Shown: positions 36,101-50,194, counted from the first letter of the stretch. The stretch is 64,000 bases of DNA from Oculina patagonica (GCF_052425735.1 NC_135767.1:6758001-6822000); one strand, 5' to 3'. Numbers and translations are program-made. The notes: generated by a model from the letters alone, not told the origin.

Positions 36101-39100
36101 ATCAAAGGAGCAAACAGAGAGGCCAAGATTAAGGTTGGAAGGTCCATGATAGTGCACACCTTATGTTTTGCGCTCATACACTATGGAAGAATTACGTAAT
36201 CGCAATGTTTTTATTGGTTAGTTGCATGAACACACGTAACCACCTATTGTATTTTGTCAGGTTTTGTGCACTGTCAACCCCCAAAATAGCGAACAAAAAC
36301 CTGTAACCAATATCTTTGCTGGGCTTAGCTTCATAACCATTTCCCTCTATTAACTATGCTCATAATAAAAACCATACCGCCCCAGCCATGGCCCCAGTTT
36401 CTGTTTAAATCCACACCATGACAGCCGTATCCAGTATGATAACGACGATTCTTTCTCCAAAGTCGATATTTTCTTCTTTTCTGAAACATTACAAAATGTT
36501 ACCCGAACACCGAGGGTTACATTTTTCTTATTTACGTTTGGAAAAGTGTTTATATGAATTTTTGCAAACTCACTGTACGAAACAGCTGAGACCTTGGGAG
36601 GGAGGTGAAGAGCTCCCATTTGAAAGAGATGGGGTGCTTGGCTTAATTTACACCCCTATGTGGGATGACGAGCATCTCCGTCCCTTACCTATGGTTGGCC
36701 CCCCTCCCCCCGACTTGAAATTTTGCACAGGTCGGTCAAAACGAGCGGGGATAAGTCACCAGGAAATGCGAAACAAATGAGAGAAAAATCCTTCGTGCTA
36801 TTCACACAGGGGACACGACGCGCGCAGGTACAAATCGTTGTTGCAGGGACTCTTAATTCGCTTTGTGATTGCCGCTTTTCAGCCTGCTTTTGCCGGGACT
36901 TGTTACAAGTCAGCCGGAACATTTCACATAATGGGAAGTCACATTTTTTACTTTTACCAGCGCTGTGATAGCAACTACAACCCAAGACAGAAAGAGTTGG
37001 GAAGGTTATAAAAACATTCCCGATTAGAGAGTGTTTCTAATTCAATTTAGCAATCCCCATTCCTGTACTGCTAGTAGGATACCTCCGTTCCCCCTATCAA
37101 TGTTGGCCCCTCATTTTACAACCTTGTCTGGGTAAGGTCGCTTTTCGCTCAACATTATTGAATAAGGGAGGGGAGGGGAGGATCAAAAGGGTAAAACGTC
37201 CCAAGATTTTTGTCTGGGGTTGTAGATCGTTTTGTGTATTCGACCCTTAGCCGGTAAGGTTTGCCGGTGTCATAAAACATAACAAATGGAAATGTTATAC
37301 ACAAGAAAGATGGTTGATGTAACCAACCGGATTTATCCACGTGTAGGCATATCCATCGACGTTGAAAACAGGCAGTATTATGAAATCCATTTTATCCAAA
37401 AGAGCTGTTACTGACGAATCACGTCCGTACTTTTGTGTCATCTAAAGATGGAAACATGAGAAATTTTAATTTCTTTCTGCACGTAACACGGATACAAATA
37501 GAAATAGTTTTTTTACTTACTATCAGCAACTAAGTTAGCCTCCCACGCAGTCGTTTTTTGGGGGGCGATCCCCACAATCTAGACATCGCGTCTGGGAATA
37601 ACTTAAATCAAACAACATTGCGCGCAATGGCGTGGCAGCACTATCTAATAAACAAATACATTGTTTCATTGCCAAACTAACATTGATGATGACCGTACGC
37701 ATTTTAAGCCTTTACTATATACAAAGTTTCTGAACGTCTTACAGACATTTCTAACAATTTCCGAAGCTTGCGGAAGACTGACAAACATTGACGAAGATTG
37801 GGAATCTTTGATTTCGGCTCACTCAGCATCGAAACAATGCACACTCGTCAAAAGAAGTAACATTTGGAAGGAAATGTAAAGATAGGGTTGTTTTTCAGTG
37901 ATATAAATTCTTAAGACTTGCTTTAGGTCAAGTTACTCGTTGTAATACCTATTTAACAACAGGTATATTAATGTACCCGAGTTTTCTATTCGCTCGTAGA
38001 ATACGAGGGCGAGTAGTCTAATTGTTTGAGTAGATCTCAAAAGGAGTATGGACCAAAATCTACGATTTTATGTATGTTTAAACCGAACATACACGATATT
38101 CTATCCGCGAATAGAAAACAATAAAAGAAACAATTAGATTTGCGCATTTCCAATAAAACACGGCTGAGTACCTATTAAATAAGCAAACATTCTGCGCAGT
38201 GGGGAAGCAGTTTTTACCTCGTCAATGATGAACATGCATGTAGCGGGAGACACCCATTCCCTGGCGTGAATTCCACATTCAATGAAAAACACTGGCTTGT
38301 TGAAACTGTACTTTCCTTTGATCTAAAACAGGGAACAGCAAAAATTCATGTCAAGCACGTATTGAATCAGTCAATCGATCAGTCAGGCAGTTAAGAATCT
38401 GGATCTCTGACTAAATAAATAAGTACCGTTTTGCACTTAATTTCTGCAGGTTCATATTTTTGCGAGTTTTGAGGTTTTTTCATGATCCACAAGAAATGGT
38501 TCAACAACAACATCAACAACAAATTCCTAAAAATTTTTCCGCAAAAATTTATTCAAAGACTTTTTTAGAATGCTTGCAATAACCTTGGGAGATAATGCAT
38601 CAGGTGGAACCGAAATTACTGATCATAATGTACTGACAGAGCAGTCAGCTACTCTAGAATAAGGCGTTATTGTAATAGATTGACACCAATTTTATACATT
38701 TCAACATCCGCGTGTTGTTTGATCTGTATTTTGACTTTGTTTGACCTGTATTTTGACTTTGACTTTATTTCAAATAAAAAGCGAAAAGCTTGTAATTTCA
38801 ATTGAAATAGACTTCCTGAAAATTACAAAATTAATTCCCTGCAAAAAAGTCATTCGTTTCCATTCGCAAAAATTCGTTCCCGCAAAATACAAAAAATGGC
38901 CAATCTTCAAAATTAACTCCTGCAAAAATTTAGTGTCACACTTTAATCATTTGATTCCCATATTACTTACCTTAATAGCTCGCATTTGCTTTCCCTCGTG
39001 AGACCTGCCAAGGCTTATGATCGAAGTCATGTCGCTATAGGAGTTTCGAACCTCGTACAGTTTTGAGTGTATCTGTAAAAGTCGAAAGAAGCTTTAGATA

Positions 39101-42060
39101 GACAGGTTAACAGACGGGCGAAAAGACGGACGGACAGTGACACAGCATGAAAACATAACTTCACCGTGGTGTAAAGCTCAAGTAAAGCTGGTGTAAATTT
39201 TAATTTTAATCAGCTATACTGCGCAAACTTTAATTTTTTTAAGCTGACCCTTTGTGCCAGCTTTACACTCAAGTATAAAGGTAGATAAAGAGACTCCTTT
39301 ATACCAACTTTAAATAACATTTACAGACGGTACCGTAAAGACCAGTTCAACAACCTTTAACAACATTTAATTGATGGTATAAAGTTGGATAACCAACTTT
39401 ACACCAGATTTAACCACCTTTAATTTCATGTAAATCCCTATTTTTATGCTGTGCATGAGACAGCCAGCCACACAGACAGACAGACAAACAGCCAATTGCA
39501 AAGAGACCGACAGACTGGCAGACTGATTAATGCCAGGCCAGATCGAAGGGCAGACAGACATCTCTTTAATCAAAAGGACAGACGGTCGCACAGGTAGATG
39601 GATAAACAGATTGACAGACAGACAGAAAGACGGCCGAGCGACTGAGAGACTGAACAGAAAGGCAGTCGCAAAGGACGGACGAATGGATAACGATCAGAGA
39701 AATTGAGTGATCGCTCTCCGTTATCTCCCAGCACTTTGTGTGCGATTGGCACCTTAACTAGAGACTAGAGGATGACACCAGCGTATGGCATGACTCGCGC
39801 ACGTGACCTGGATTTAGATCCTAATTCCTGTCTCTTTAACATTAGCGTCGCACTTAATTTGGTCCCGTGAGACACCTTGTTGTTGTTATACGACGTTGTA
39901 AAGTCATTTGTGCACCTACAACTGAAGAGACAATTGACATACGATAGGTGAAATTCGTTCGAACATCTGTCATTTGAACAAAAGCAGTGTGACGTCATGG
40001 AAACGGTTATTTTTATCCACCAATCACATCACGCGTTACATTCATACCTCCTCAAGGTTGTGATACTGACTGTGCCAGCCTCCATAACCACGTCTTGCTC
40101 CGGTAGTTTCCAGTTCCCCCTCGATCAATTTATCGACGTCATCAATCTGGACTTTGAACTCGATGCCGTCGGCTTCCAGAAGAGAGGACAGAGTAATGAA
40201 ATCTCCTTCCGAAACTTCAATGTCAACTGGTTGGAAAAGATGGCTCGGCTCTTTCCAGAAGTCAATCTTTTAATAAAAGAAACGATCTAAATATATCTTG
40301 TGATTTAATAAGCTGGAATTTTCAAGTGGGAGACGCCGTGACCTAATGATAAGCGCGCTGGAATCTGGGTCGAGCAGTCTTGGTTGAAGCCCTGGCTGGG
40401 TGCACTGTGCTATGTTCTTAGGCAAGACACTTTACTCTCAAAGTGCCTCTCTCAAATCAGGTGTATAAATAGGTGCAGGCGAATTTATGCTTGGGAGGGG
40501 GGGGGGGGAGACGTAACTCAGCGATGGACTAGCATCCCATCCAGGGGGTAGTAGAAATACAGTGTACTCCTAAAAATGCTACAGATACAAGGATAGGCTC
40601 CGGCGGTATGGGCCATTTGGCTCGACGCAGACTTAACCTTACCACTTTTAACAATTATGTTTGTATATAATTTACCTTAATGTCGGGACGTTTTTCCAGT
40701 CCGCGCAAAAATATGAGGTGACTCTCAACTTCAGGAGTTACACGGATGACCTTCTCACTGGGTAATTAAAGTAAGCAATCATGTGTGAATGAATAATTTT
40801 TCTCTTTCAAACATTTGTTTTCCAAGGTTGCAATGAATTGTAGACGAACTTTTCAAGTATACCGCATTGCCTTCATTAAGCTCGCCTTCTTTAAAAAACA
40901 ACCCTGTTTGAATGTGTTGATTCATAAGCGCACAGTAAAGTTGTAAGTGATCTTACCGTGGTACACCGCAATTTAATAATCTGACTTGTGTTTATTGGCC
41001 AGATATCACCGCGGAGAAGCTGGTCTTTATTTTAGGGTCTCGATTGATATCGTCCATATTCATACAGTTACAATATGTGGATAATACGTTTCAAAATCAA
41101 ATTTGCGTCAATGTAAATCTTATTAAGTCTAACTCTTTGGGTCTATTTCACGTCTTTGAACAAACAATGGTCAGCATGTCGAACTCAAAGAGATAAACTG
41201 ACGTACACAGGCGCACATTTCAGTCTAGTTTACGTTGACGTTTCGAACCATTTGGCTCAAATTTTGCACATGTGTTCATATCTCATAGGCCATGGCAAAC
41301 GAGAACACATTGTTGCGGACACAAATGTTTTTATGTTTGCCCGCCCGCGCAACATTTCTTGCGAACACAAAACTTGTGTCCTGGACACAAAAAAGGGGAC
41401 AGAAGAAGACGAAAGGGCTACTTTTCAGAAAAAGAGGTTAACATACAGGCGAACGAAAACATTGTGAAGGAGAAATTCGCGTTGTTTCGATAATTCAGAT
41501 GAGAAAAACGAAAACAATAAAATCCACGGATCTTGCGTCTTTTCTAAAAAATGCCGAAACCTTTTCCTACATAAGTTGTTAACATTTATTTTTATAGTTT
41601 TTGAATTCTAATACGCTTTCAGGAAACTTATACTTTTTTGGATTTGTTCGAATATGATCAAATTGGCCCAAAGAAACTCAAGGTTCGCTTAAAGCAGTCA
41701 GCGTCCACATTTTTAAGCTATTCTGAGTTTTCGTTTGATCGTAAGACCACTTTTTATGTAACATAATACTCTGAATAAGCTCTCTTCCTTTATATGGAGC
41801 TTATATAAAGATTAGTCTGCATTGCTTTTTCTTGATGGAAATTTTTGTGTATAGATCGGTTTCGTTTCTCAATTGAAAAACTTGAACGATCGAATTAATT
41901 CGAGAATGTAGCCACTTTGGAAGGGCAGTATTGGTAAATTATCTCATTTTAAAACCGCAAAAATTGTAAAAATCGACAAAATAATAATACGTTTAGCTCA
42001 CCTTTGCACAAGCCAAGCTTGCAGTATAGTTAACACAACTAAAGTTAAGCCCCAATTCAT
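31613..42060 (-). CDS. M14A procarboxypeptidase A/B-like paralogue 2 (CP2), complete, 10 exons, 419 aa
   Basis: Exons 42060-42002, 40757-40676, 40266-40048, 39072-38971, 38322-38218, 37441-37328, 36480-36378, 34134-33926, 32615-32531, 31794-31613 sum to 1260 nt, open to TGA. Has signal peptide, prodomain, [27 protein letters not shown] and VELRD (catalytic Glu). AATAAA at 31564-31559. Confidence 0.95.
32217..32387. mobile_element. MITE with TAGCCTGCGA / TCGCAGGCTA termini
   Basis: Terminal inverted repeats. Confidence 0.65.
32770..33830. repeat. ~1-kb compound TCAG/TCCG/TCTG microsatellite with higher-order duplications (CP2 intron 8)
   Basis: Seen directly; ~110-bp duplication 33340-33450/33450-33565. 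Confidence 0.95.
34252..35005 (-). mobile_element. 5'-truncated LINE (CR1/L2-like) RT C-terminus + 3' UTR
   Basis: [15 protein letters not shown]...[18 protein letters not shown]...[12 protein letters not shown]; AATAAA+(ATCT)n tail; absent from CP1. Confidence 0.9.
35833..36022. mobile_element. Tc1/mariner-type MITE
   Basis: TIR CAGTCAACTCTCTCT, TA TSD; empty site in CP1 at ~15333. Confidence 0.9.
36066..36356. mobile_element. MITE (AGGGAAATGGTTA / TAACCATTTCCCT)
   Basis: Inverted termini; absent from CP1. Confidence 0.7.
39455..39700. repeat. Degenerate GACA/GACG microsatellite in CP2 intron 3
   Basis: Seen directly. Confidence 0.7.
40328..40645 (+). mobile_element. tRNA-derived SINE
   Basis: Degenerate A/B-box head, core GGCAAGACACTTTACTCTCA, TTAACCTT tail; absent from CP1 intron 2; fragments at ~28350 and ~32115. 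Confidence 0.75.
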
Positions 42061-45000
42061 GATTACAGTGTGAGTCGCCTGGACTACTGACAAGAAAATC
42101 TTCTATGGGAAGGTTTTCAAAGAAATGTTATTGGCGTTTATAGTTTAAGAATGACATACATCTGCACCATATAAAAAGATCTTAAAATTTAAGAAAACAT
42201 TATCATTTCAGCAAGTCAACTATTTTAATGAAAAATACAAAAACTGCCACAGCTAAACCAACTGAACTAATGCTTTTTGTTGCACTAAATTTAAACAGAA
42301 CTACATTCTGGCCTCCTTACGTCATTCTAAACCATTGACAATGGTTTGATATTAGAAATTCAATGTCAGAATATGGTTCATCTAAAAATGGCAATAACTA
42401 CAACTAATATAAGGCAAATGTTCTCTCGAAGCTGTGTAAACTTTGCCTTAGTTTGCATTCGTAGATGTATATTTAATGTTTGCCTGTTTTTTGTCATCGT
42501 TGACTGCAGGACGGTCGTATTTTACCAAGGCCGGGCGCCTGAGAAATTATTGCCATAAGCAAATGCTCAATCTAAATGCATTTATATTTCTTTGTCACCA
42601 TTTAAAAAAATCAATAATCGCCATTTGAATTGTTTAAAAAACGAATTTACTTTCGTCTTTTGTGAATATAGTCCAATTTAGTTTTATTTATTATCTTATT
42701 AGGATCACGTAATGCTTTCTGCCATGCGAGTTTGTTCCTTAAAAATTTTAACCAAATTTAGGCTTGGGAAAATGACCATCAAGTTCAGTGAAATATAAAA
42801 ATAACCAATTTCAATAACACAGCAAATACAAAAGAAAGTACAGGTGGCTAAAAGTGTCGAAGGTTGAAGGGGATTATGATATGGGTTTTTGAAATAATGT
42901 TGGACTGAACAGTTGTATAAGTATAAATTTTAACGCCCGGAAGACAAATTTGGTTTCAATGAAGCTATGGTTTTGTCATTTAGATCCATAGAAGTAATTC
43001 CTTTGCAAACATTTAGATTCATGGCGAGTATTTGGCAAAACAAAATAAAATAAACTTTACGTATACTCAGCCTTGACACAGTCCCTTGAATATAATCACA
43101 TGCGCATTCATTAAAAAACACTCAATCTTCTTTAATGTAAGAATGTAGACGTTTTGAGTTGAGACTAAATCGAGACTGGATGTTCTTATTTTTTTCATGA
43201 TTGAATCCTGAAAACGCCCTTGGCATGTTTCTCCTAAGTGGAACAGAATTAAGAATGCCGATGTTTTATAGTTGTTTGCTTTTATTTTTATCAGTATACA
43301 AAAAAAAAATGTTTTAGAAACTCGTTGCTCGTTGTTGATTTAATAATTTGGGATTCAAACACTTTGCCTTTAAATGCTAAATTTTGTTTTACTTTTTAGA
43401 AATAGGTTTTGGAAAAGTCAGCACTTAAACCTCGATGCAACATCAAGTGAAGAAAATGAGTCTCAGCTTGCAAAGTTCCTCAGCACGTTCTTAAGCTTTT
43501 GGGCAATCTAAATTACCCTAAAGTACCCTAAAGGTTCTTATATTTGAAAGAGTAAAACCTTTTTTAAGTGAGGCTTTCAACGTGATTTCGTATAAACTTT
43601 AAGGATCCGCTAGAACAATCTTCAAAAATAATTACGTGGTTCTTACGTAACTTATACCACAGTAAAGCCAATATTTCCCCATGTGTAAGATAACCAAGAT
43701 ATTTTCCCGTTCCGCCCTATCATGAACAAAATGAGGAGATTTGTCAAACATGTTCTAAACCCGCAAAATACTTAAAAATAGACCTTGTCAAGCGGCGCAT
43801 ACCAACAAACGCGTTGATGGGAGGGGCCAAAAGGGGTAAAATGGGATTTGGGATTTGGGCAAATTTCCACTTGGAAATTGAGATTTGGGTCACTGGGACT
43901 TGGTATTGGCCAAAATTTGGGTAAGCAATAGGCTGGAAAAGGGGATTGGACAAAAATCTGGGCTGGGAAATTTGCTGATGTAGATGTAACATTTACGAAA
44001 CCTCAAGTATTTTCGATGGCATTACCCCCATTTCTTCTTCAGAGTACTTCGTTTGGGGTAGGGCGGTTTTGCATTACCTTGTTTTTTAATTTTTATGTTA
44101 AAAGCTTGTAATAATTTCTGCCCTAATTTTCACAGTTTAAATTCCAGAGTCTCGCTGTTAAAAGTAGTATTCCGCTAATCCGCCAGGATTATGCGAATTT
44201 TGTTAAGTTTTAGTAAGGTTTTCTTTTTATTTGTTACGGCTTTGAAGAATGCCAGTACTCAACAGAAAAGTTATGGTTCGAAGATTTATTTAATCTTGGA
44301 TTTTCGTTTAAACAAGGCCACGATAGCCCTCCATTTAAAATTTGCCCATTTTTGAGTGGTCTCGTTTAGTTTCCTATGAATTTTAAGTCAGTTGCTTCGA
44401 GATAAGTTAAGACGAACAAGTGAAGGATCGAAACTTTTTAGATCAGAAATAACCCTACACAACTCTTCAAACCAAATAAAACGTTGACACTCTAGTTATC
44501 CTTGGAACAGGCCGTTCCTGTGTAAACAGAAGTCTCTTTGCAATTGTGTTCCTCAAACTGCTACTTTGATGAAATTCGCGTCTCTCCTAACTAAGCCGTT
44601 TTAAAACATCAACGTTTTTACGGCGACCAGTTAAGGAGCGCGCATTAATGAACAACTGGCGTGCATTTCATTTCAGCAACTCATCAGCCCTTCTTACGAC
44701 CTGTGTGCACGCTCAAATTCTTTGACAGCAGCCGTAATCGGTAGTGGGTAAAGTTAATTTACGCTAGTAGGAATGCCCGGGTTTGTACGAGTGGTGAAGA
44801 TTCTGAGGTTAAGTAGAGCACAAACAATCTGTCGAGATAGTAGCTGAAGGCTTGCGATGGGCATGTCAAAGGGAGGGAAAACACGTCGGAAAGTGTGAAC
44901 TAGAGACCAATCTGCCGTGGCTCAAGCTTTATAGACCTCTAAAAATCATTTTTTTATGCAGATTTGTGACCGCAGAAAGTTTGTTTCAATTACTTTTATT

Positions 45001-45256
45001 GATAGATAATGAGCTATACATATCAGATAGTGAAAATCAACAGCTATACGAGGCAGCTCATTTGAGGGTTTTGTCGATTTCAAGTTAAGTTAATTTACTT
45101 ATCTTTTTCTTACTTATTTACATATCGTTTTTGATCATTAGCCCACATGCATATGTATGTTCCTTGGTTAGCTCTTGTGTATGGTGGTGTTGCACTGTTT
45201 CCATGTTTCTTAGCCTTCTTTCGCCGGGGGGTGAGGGGGGGGGGGGGGGATGGGGT

Positions 45257-48200
45257 TCAGACTAGTTGAACATTCACGGATTTTGCAATTCCTGGAAACA
45301 GATTAACTGGTTGGACTTGGCTTCTTTTGAGGCCATGATATCCAACGTCGATCTTAAGAAAAGCTTCCAGCTGTGCTACGGTAACTTGCTGTGTAAGCGT
45401 TTCCTCTTTTACCTGGACATTGTTTCCAATCACTGCAAAACTGTGTGCATTGCCATCTTGGGACACACACATGCCAGCGGTCCACATTGAATTAGGGATA
45501 GCTATGGTAACAAGCAATTTAATTGGTTCTCGATTTGCCTGAATTTTAACGAATGAAACTCCGGTTATAAGATACAAAACTCCATTTAGCGGCGCCCCGG
45601 TGCATTGTACTCCAAATCGTCGAATCTTGTCTTCAAAGGCTTTCCACGGACCACGGTTGAAACCTGGATGCTGTGGCACGGCGTTTGTGTATGTGAAAGT
45701 GGAAATAGAACTTTCTAACTCAAATGATGCAGTTTTACTTGCAAACAAGTGACCTTTGTCAAATCCTGATCCTTTGTAAATCTCATCGTTGCCTTGATTC
45801 TTGATACCTAGTAAGAATTGTGTTATTATTACAGTGTGTTATTATATTTACAATAAAAAAATGGTTCAGTCACTTACTTCAAAGTGACCATCTGTCATTT
45901 ATTTTAAACATCTGGGTACCAGATAGCCTCCTACGCAGACGTTCTTTTGGCTCATCACGCGTTTCGTCTGCGTAGGAGGCTAGGTACGAGATTAGTTTTA
46001 CTCTTTTGCATCGTTCGCATACCTTCTTAAACAAAAGAATATATTTAACAATTATTCACCGAAGTGGAGGTGGATAGTGGTGGATATTTACTGAGCCGCG
46101 AAGCGGCAAGGTAAATATCCACCACATTCACCGACACTGAGGTAAATAATTGTTTTAGTATATACCACACAGGTTGAATAACTAGCAGACCAAAACATCA
46201 CTTTCGGTAAGCAAAGCGACGCGCAAAAGCAGTTTGTTTCTCTTTAGCTGCTCGGAGATGAATAGTACTTTGCTAATCACTCCGAGTTAACCAATCAGCG
46301 CGCGCGAAAAGCACTATTCACTTGTGTGGTATATACTAATATTACTTATTCAATAGATCTGGGAACTACTAGTACCGAAAGCATTTTTATTTGCCCACTT
46401 TGCGTACTATCTCTTCCTGTACGCGCGGAAATATTGCACGCGTTAAACGTTGAAATAATTTACTTTTGAATTATGTTTTCGTCTTATCTTCAGGGAAACG
46501 TTGTGAATTTGTGAGCAAAATCGTGGACCATAAGAGCACAATTTGGGAACTTTGAAAAAGCTTTTGGCATAATTCGACAAAACTGGGAGCAGCTGTGCTT
46601 AGCGTTATAATTTTTAAAAACCGTTTAACTAATAAGGATTCGACCTTTTTCCATCTTTACAAGTCTGTAATTTTACCCCTTTTGGCTACAAGTCCCATAA
46701 CCGATTAAAAATAGTCGCATTAGATTGTTTCATGTAGCCTCCAACGGCAAAGAAATTATTTCCATTGGCAAGCTGTAACTAATATAGTGAGCTTGACAGA
46801 TGTTGGAAGCTATGGCTGGAGGGTATGTAAACCGAATACGAATCACAGACATCAACCAATCAAGTTGACTGCCCCCCCCCCCCACCAACTTAGCCTCATG
46901 AACTACAAAACAGCTTAATTATGATTGACGTGATACTTTAAAAATAACGCTGATAGAGGTTGGAAATTTTTAAATGGAGAAAGATTTTGTTTTGTCTTTA
47001 TGTAAACAAGTTACCAGGGGTTTGGATCCATTTATCTTTTGGTCGTCCTTTCACAAACTTTACTTTTTCTTGTGTCAAAGTGTAGGCTGAATATACCGCA
47101 ATTCCTCGACCTTCATCGAACATCGTGGCGTAGTAGGTCTGCTGATTCCCTGGTTGACAGATGTACCTCATATTCTGTAAGTTGGCATTGCGTAAACCGA
47201 CTGGTGGCAGTTCGTTTACAAAGAATTGTTTGTAGCATTGCTGGTCAGGAAAAAGTGAAATATTCTCTGGCAGCAGTGGACCGACTCTCCGGATCCTTGT
47301 GACATCTGGGTTGTAGTCTTCTTTAGTGCTGTTCTTAGGGCTGGGTGTTTGACCATTGTTCAAGGCTAGTTGCAATAAAAATGTAAAATAATCGTTTCTG
47401 GTTGAATTTTCCTTAACTAAATCAGAAGACAAGAACGTATAAAGCATAAAAACCGAAAAAAGAATGTCAAAAATTGCAATATTATTGTCAACTTCAATTA
47501 AAGAAAGGTGGAATATCTGCTGCATAGCTTTATGGCATCTGAAAAGTGGTTTTTAATTAATTCATATGGTTATATATTAACAGGAGAAAAATAAATTCTT
47601 TCGCACGCTTTCGGCTAAATGTCTTGAACAGATTCAAAATCTTATTTCGAATATTACTGAAACTTATCTAATTTTAAACACAAGTAAACGCTTGTGAAAT
47701 TTTCGTCGCTTTCTCAATGGGCTTTTTTAATTCCTTTCTTTTCCAGGGCAGGTTTTCTACTGGTAGAATCTACCGAAGGTCTAAAGGTGGAATACAAGGA
47801 GGAAGTTTTTCTCTTACTATTCTTATCTTTAATCTGAAGTCTTTCAGCCCTGCAATGTACGCCCGGGGGGGGGGGGGGGGTACTCCCATAAATTTCAGAT
47901 AGGGGTGTGCCGCCCAAGGTTCTTAAACCCTGACCCTATTTAAGGATAAAGAAAGCGGAAATTGATACCCTTTTTAAGGCCCAAAACCAAAAAATGACAC
48001 CCTATTCAAGGGGCGGAGAAGCTTTCCGTGACGACCCAAATAACGGCTAACCGCGCACGGTAAGACACAAATCTTTATAAAATCGCTTTACTAATACCTG
48101 AACAGAAAATCAGTTTTAAGACACATTTTTTTCGTTTAGCTGGGCGTTTATTTTAGCTAATAGAATATAGGTACCCTATCTAAGGATCACACCGGGAACA

Positions 48201-50194
48201 CATTGCCAAAAGGAGCAAAAATGATACCCTATTTAAGGACCGAGAACCTCAAAAACCATACCCTATCGGGCGGCACATACCTATATAGGCCACATATGGG
48301 AGTACCCCCCCCCCCGGGAATGTACGTAATCAGTGTAATAATAAGAAGAAAGAACATAATTTTTACGTCGAATTCTTCCCTCCCAAATTTGAGTTAGAGA
48401 TACAAGCTGCATTGCACGCAATTTTAGTAGGAACACCTCCGTAAAACCGTAACACACCTCGTAACTCGTTGTTAATAATATATCTAAGAAACGCTTTTCA
48501 GTAAGAATTTCACCGATAGGATATTATCACGCGGCAAGATGATATATACCCTGATTATAAAGGATTTATTAAAAACTAAAATTAAAAACTTGGAATGGCT
48601 TACAGGCCGTGGTATCTGAGCTCATATCATGCACGGACGACAAATATGGTAGCTGTACGCCTCAGCGAGAACAGCCAGGGATATTTATTGTCGCAATTCT
48701 TTGGGTGTTTTTAATAAAACAATTATTCCACTCGCGCTTGTTGGATATGGGATAGTTATAGCCAACTCGGTGCTACGCGCCTCGTTGGCTATTTACTTAA
48801 CAACCATTTCATGAGCGCGCTTTGGATATGAGATGGTAGAGAAAAAGATTTTTTTATTTTTTTATTTCGTTCATTAGCATTTCAACAAACGCGAGTGGAA
48901 TAATTTTTTTTATCAAAACGCCTAAAGAATTGCAACTCCCCAGCTGTTGTCGTTAACGCGTATCGGCTACCATATTTGTAGTTAACGGTACGGCACATTT
49001 AGACGTCATTCTAACGTGCAAGTTCCACTGAGGTTTCTCATGCGTGACAGCGTACACGAAGTATTTTGTAGTATTCTTCTCTGGGTAATAGTAATCGATA
49101 ATCACTCGTTATTCCCTCGCAACCCGAAGTAAACAACCGATGACAATGTATAACAGAATAGACCATATTCGTATTCTCGGTATTGGACTGGAACTAGCGT
49201 GCAGTGGAGGCTAATGCGGGTAATCTTTTCAAATTAATGCAAATGACATTTCGAGACATAAAGCTCTTTTTGATGATATTCCCCCGTATCAGCCTCCATT
49301 GCAAGCTAGTTTCAATCCAATACCAAGAATACGATTATGGTCACCGTCTATTTACCTTTTGCAGGAAAAAAATGCTTAGGAATTTCGCCGGATGACTAGA
49401 TTGCCCAATTACGCCGTAGGATGACATAACCTTGAATTTTAATCTACCTCATTCCTTGGAAATTTCAAATATTTTTCTGATGCGTAATTCACTGGAGCAG
49501 AAAATAGCAATGTTTGGGAGGTTCTTAAACAACGTGAGCGGAAATTGAGAATAAGAATGAATTAATTGGAAATACCGTACCTTCTATAGAAGAGAGCCAT
49601 TACATTCAGATCCTGGTTAAAAGTCATTTGTTTAAAAAGAAATTGTGCGATCTTAGAAAGAATGATGAGATCGAGACGCAATCATTTGTCATGAGTTTTG
49701 AAATAAGAACATTTATTGGGTTGACCTCTTGGTACCAGTTGTCAGATAAACCCAGTCAAACCGTTCTTTAATATGAAATTCTCTAGATCGAATTAAGTTA
49801 AGAAATAACAATTTGTCATTTTTCAGTGGTCAGTTCTTCAGTTGACAGGAAAAAGTTTGACCGTTTAGTAGAAGGTACTTAAATTGTCAGTAAAAGTTTG
49901 TCCGTTGCTGACTGGCAAATTGCAAAAAATAAAATGACTACTTGAAAGAAATTGAATAAAACGTGTAAAATGGTTTGCCTTTACTGCTTCGGTAAAGTTT
50001 GATAGAGTTTTTTTCCATTTCAATTCAGGATTTTAACAGGTGCTGTCTACAAAAGATGCTTGCATTATTTTACAAGGTATAATCTTTCTCTTACCATTAT
50101 CACTTTCCACTGACAATTTTTCAGTCACAGCACTTGATGCCATCAGTACAATGATGAGCAGAGAGGAAAAACTCCTCACAACGAACGCTTCCAT
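45257..50194 (-). CDS. Secreted DNA/RNA non-specific endonuclease (ENDOD1-like) gene B, 3 exons, 333 aa
   Basis: Exon 1 50194-50095 (MEAFVVRSFSSLLIIVLMASSAVTEKLSVESDN), exon 2 47365-47015 (RYICQ, YATMFDEGRGIAVYSAY), exon 3 45807-45257 (FDKGHL, STFTYTNAVPQ, FNRGPW, AIPNSMWTAG). Both introns are phase 1; 1002 nt open. The exon 1 assignment is inferred. Confidence 0.88.
45924..45982. mobile_element. 59-bp palindromic MITE (TAGCCTCCTACGCAG)
   Basis: Hairpin with 9-bp TSD GGTACCAGA/GGTACGAGA. Confidence 0.8.
46042..46340. repeat. Hairpin-forming interspersed repeat
   Basis: AACAATTATT..GGTGGATATTTAC / GTAAATATCCACC..AATAATTGTT plus a second inverted pair TAGTATATACCACACA. Confidence 0.7.
47818..48381 (-). 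pseudogene. Disabled signal-peptide first exon of endonuclease B
   Basis: Homologue of the exon-1 cassette with ATG->AGG, a 1-bp frameshift before AERLQIKDKN|GTAAG, and a MITE inserted mid-exon. Confidence 0.75.
47862..48318. mobile_element. Non-autonomous DNA transposon with 8-bp TSD (hAT-like)
   Basis: CCCGGGG(n)TACTCCCATA / TATGGGAGTAC(n)CCGGG; TSD AATGTACG (47854-47861/48319-48326). Confidence 0.9.
49157..49343. mobile_element. Palindromic MITE
   Basis: GACCATATTCGTATTCT...ACTAGC / GCTAGT...AGAATACGATTATGGTC. Confidence 0.75.

Noticed and set aside
47366-47525. Hydrophobic N-terminal extension of ORF 46998-47525 as a signal anchor
   Set aside because: Lies in intron 1 upstream of a conserved TAG acceptor; not conserved in frame in gene C; a proper signal exon exists at 50095-50194.
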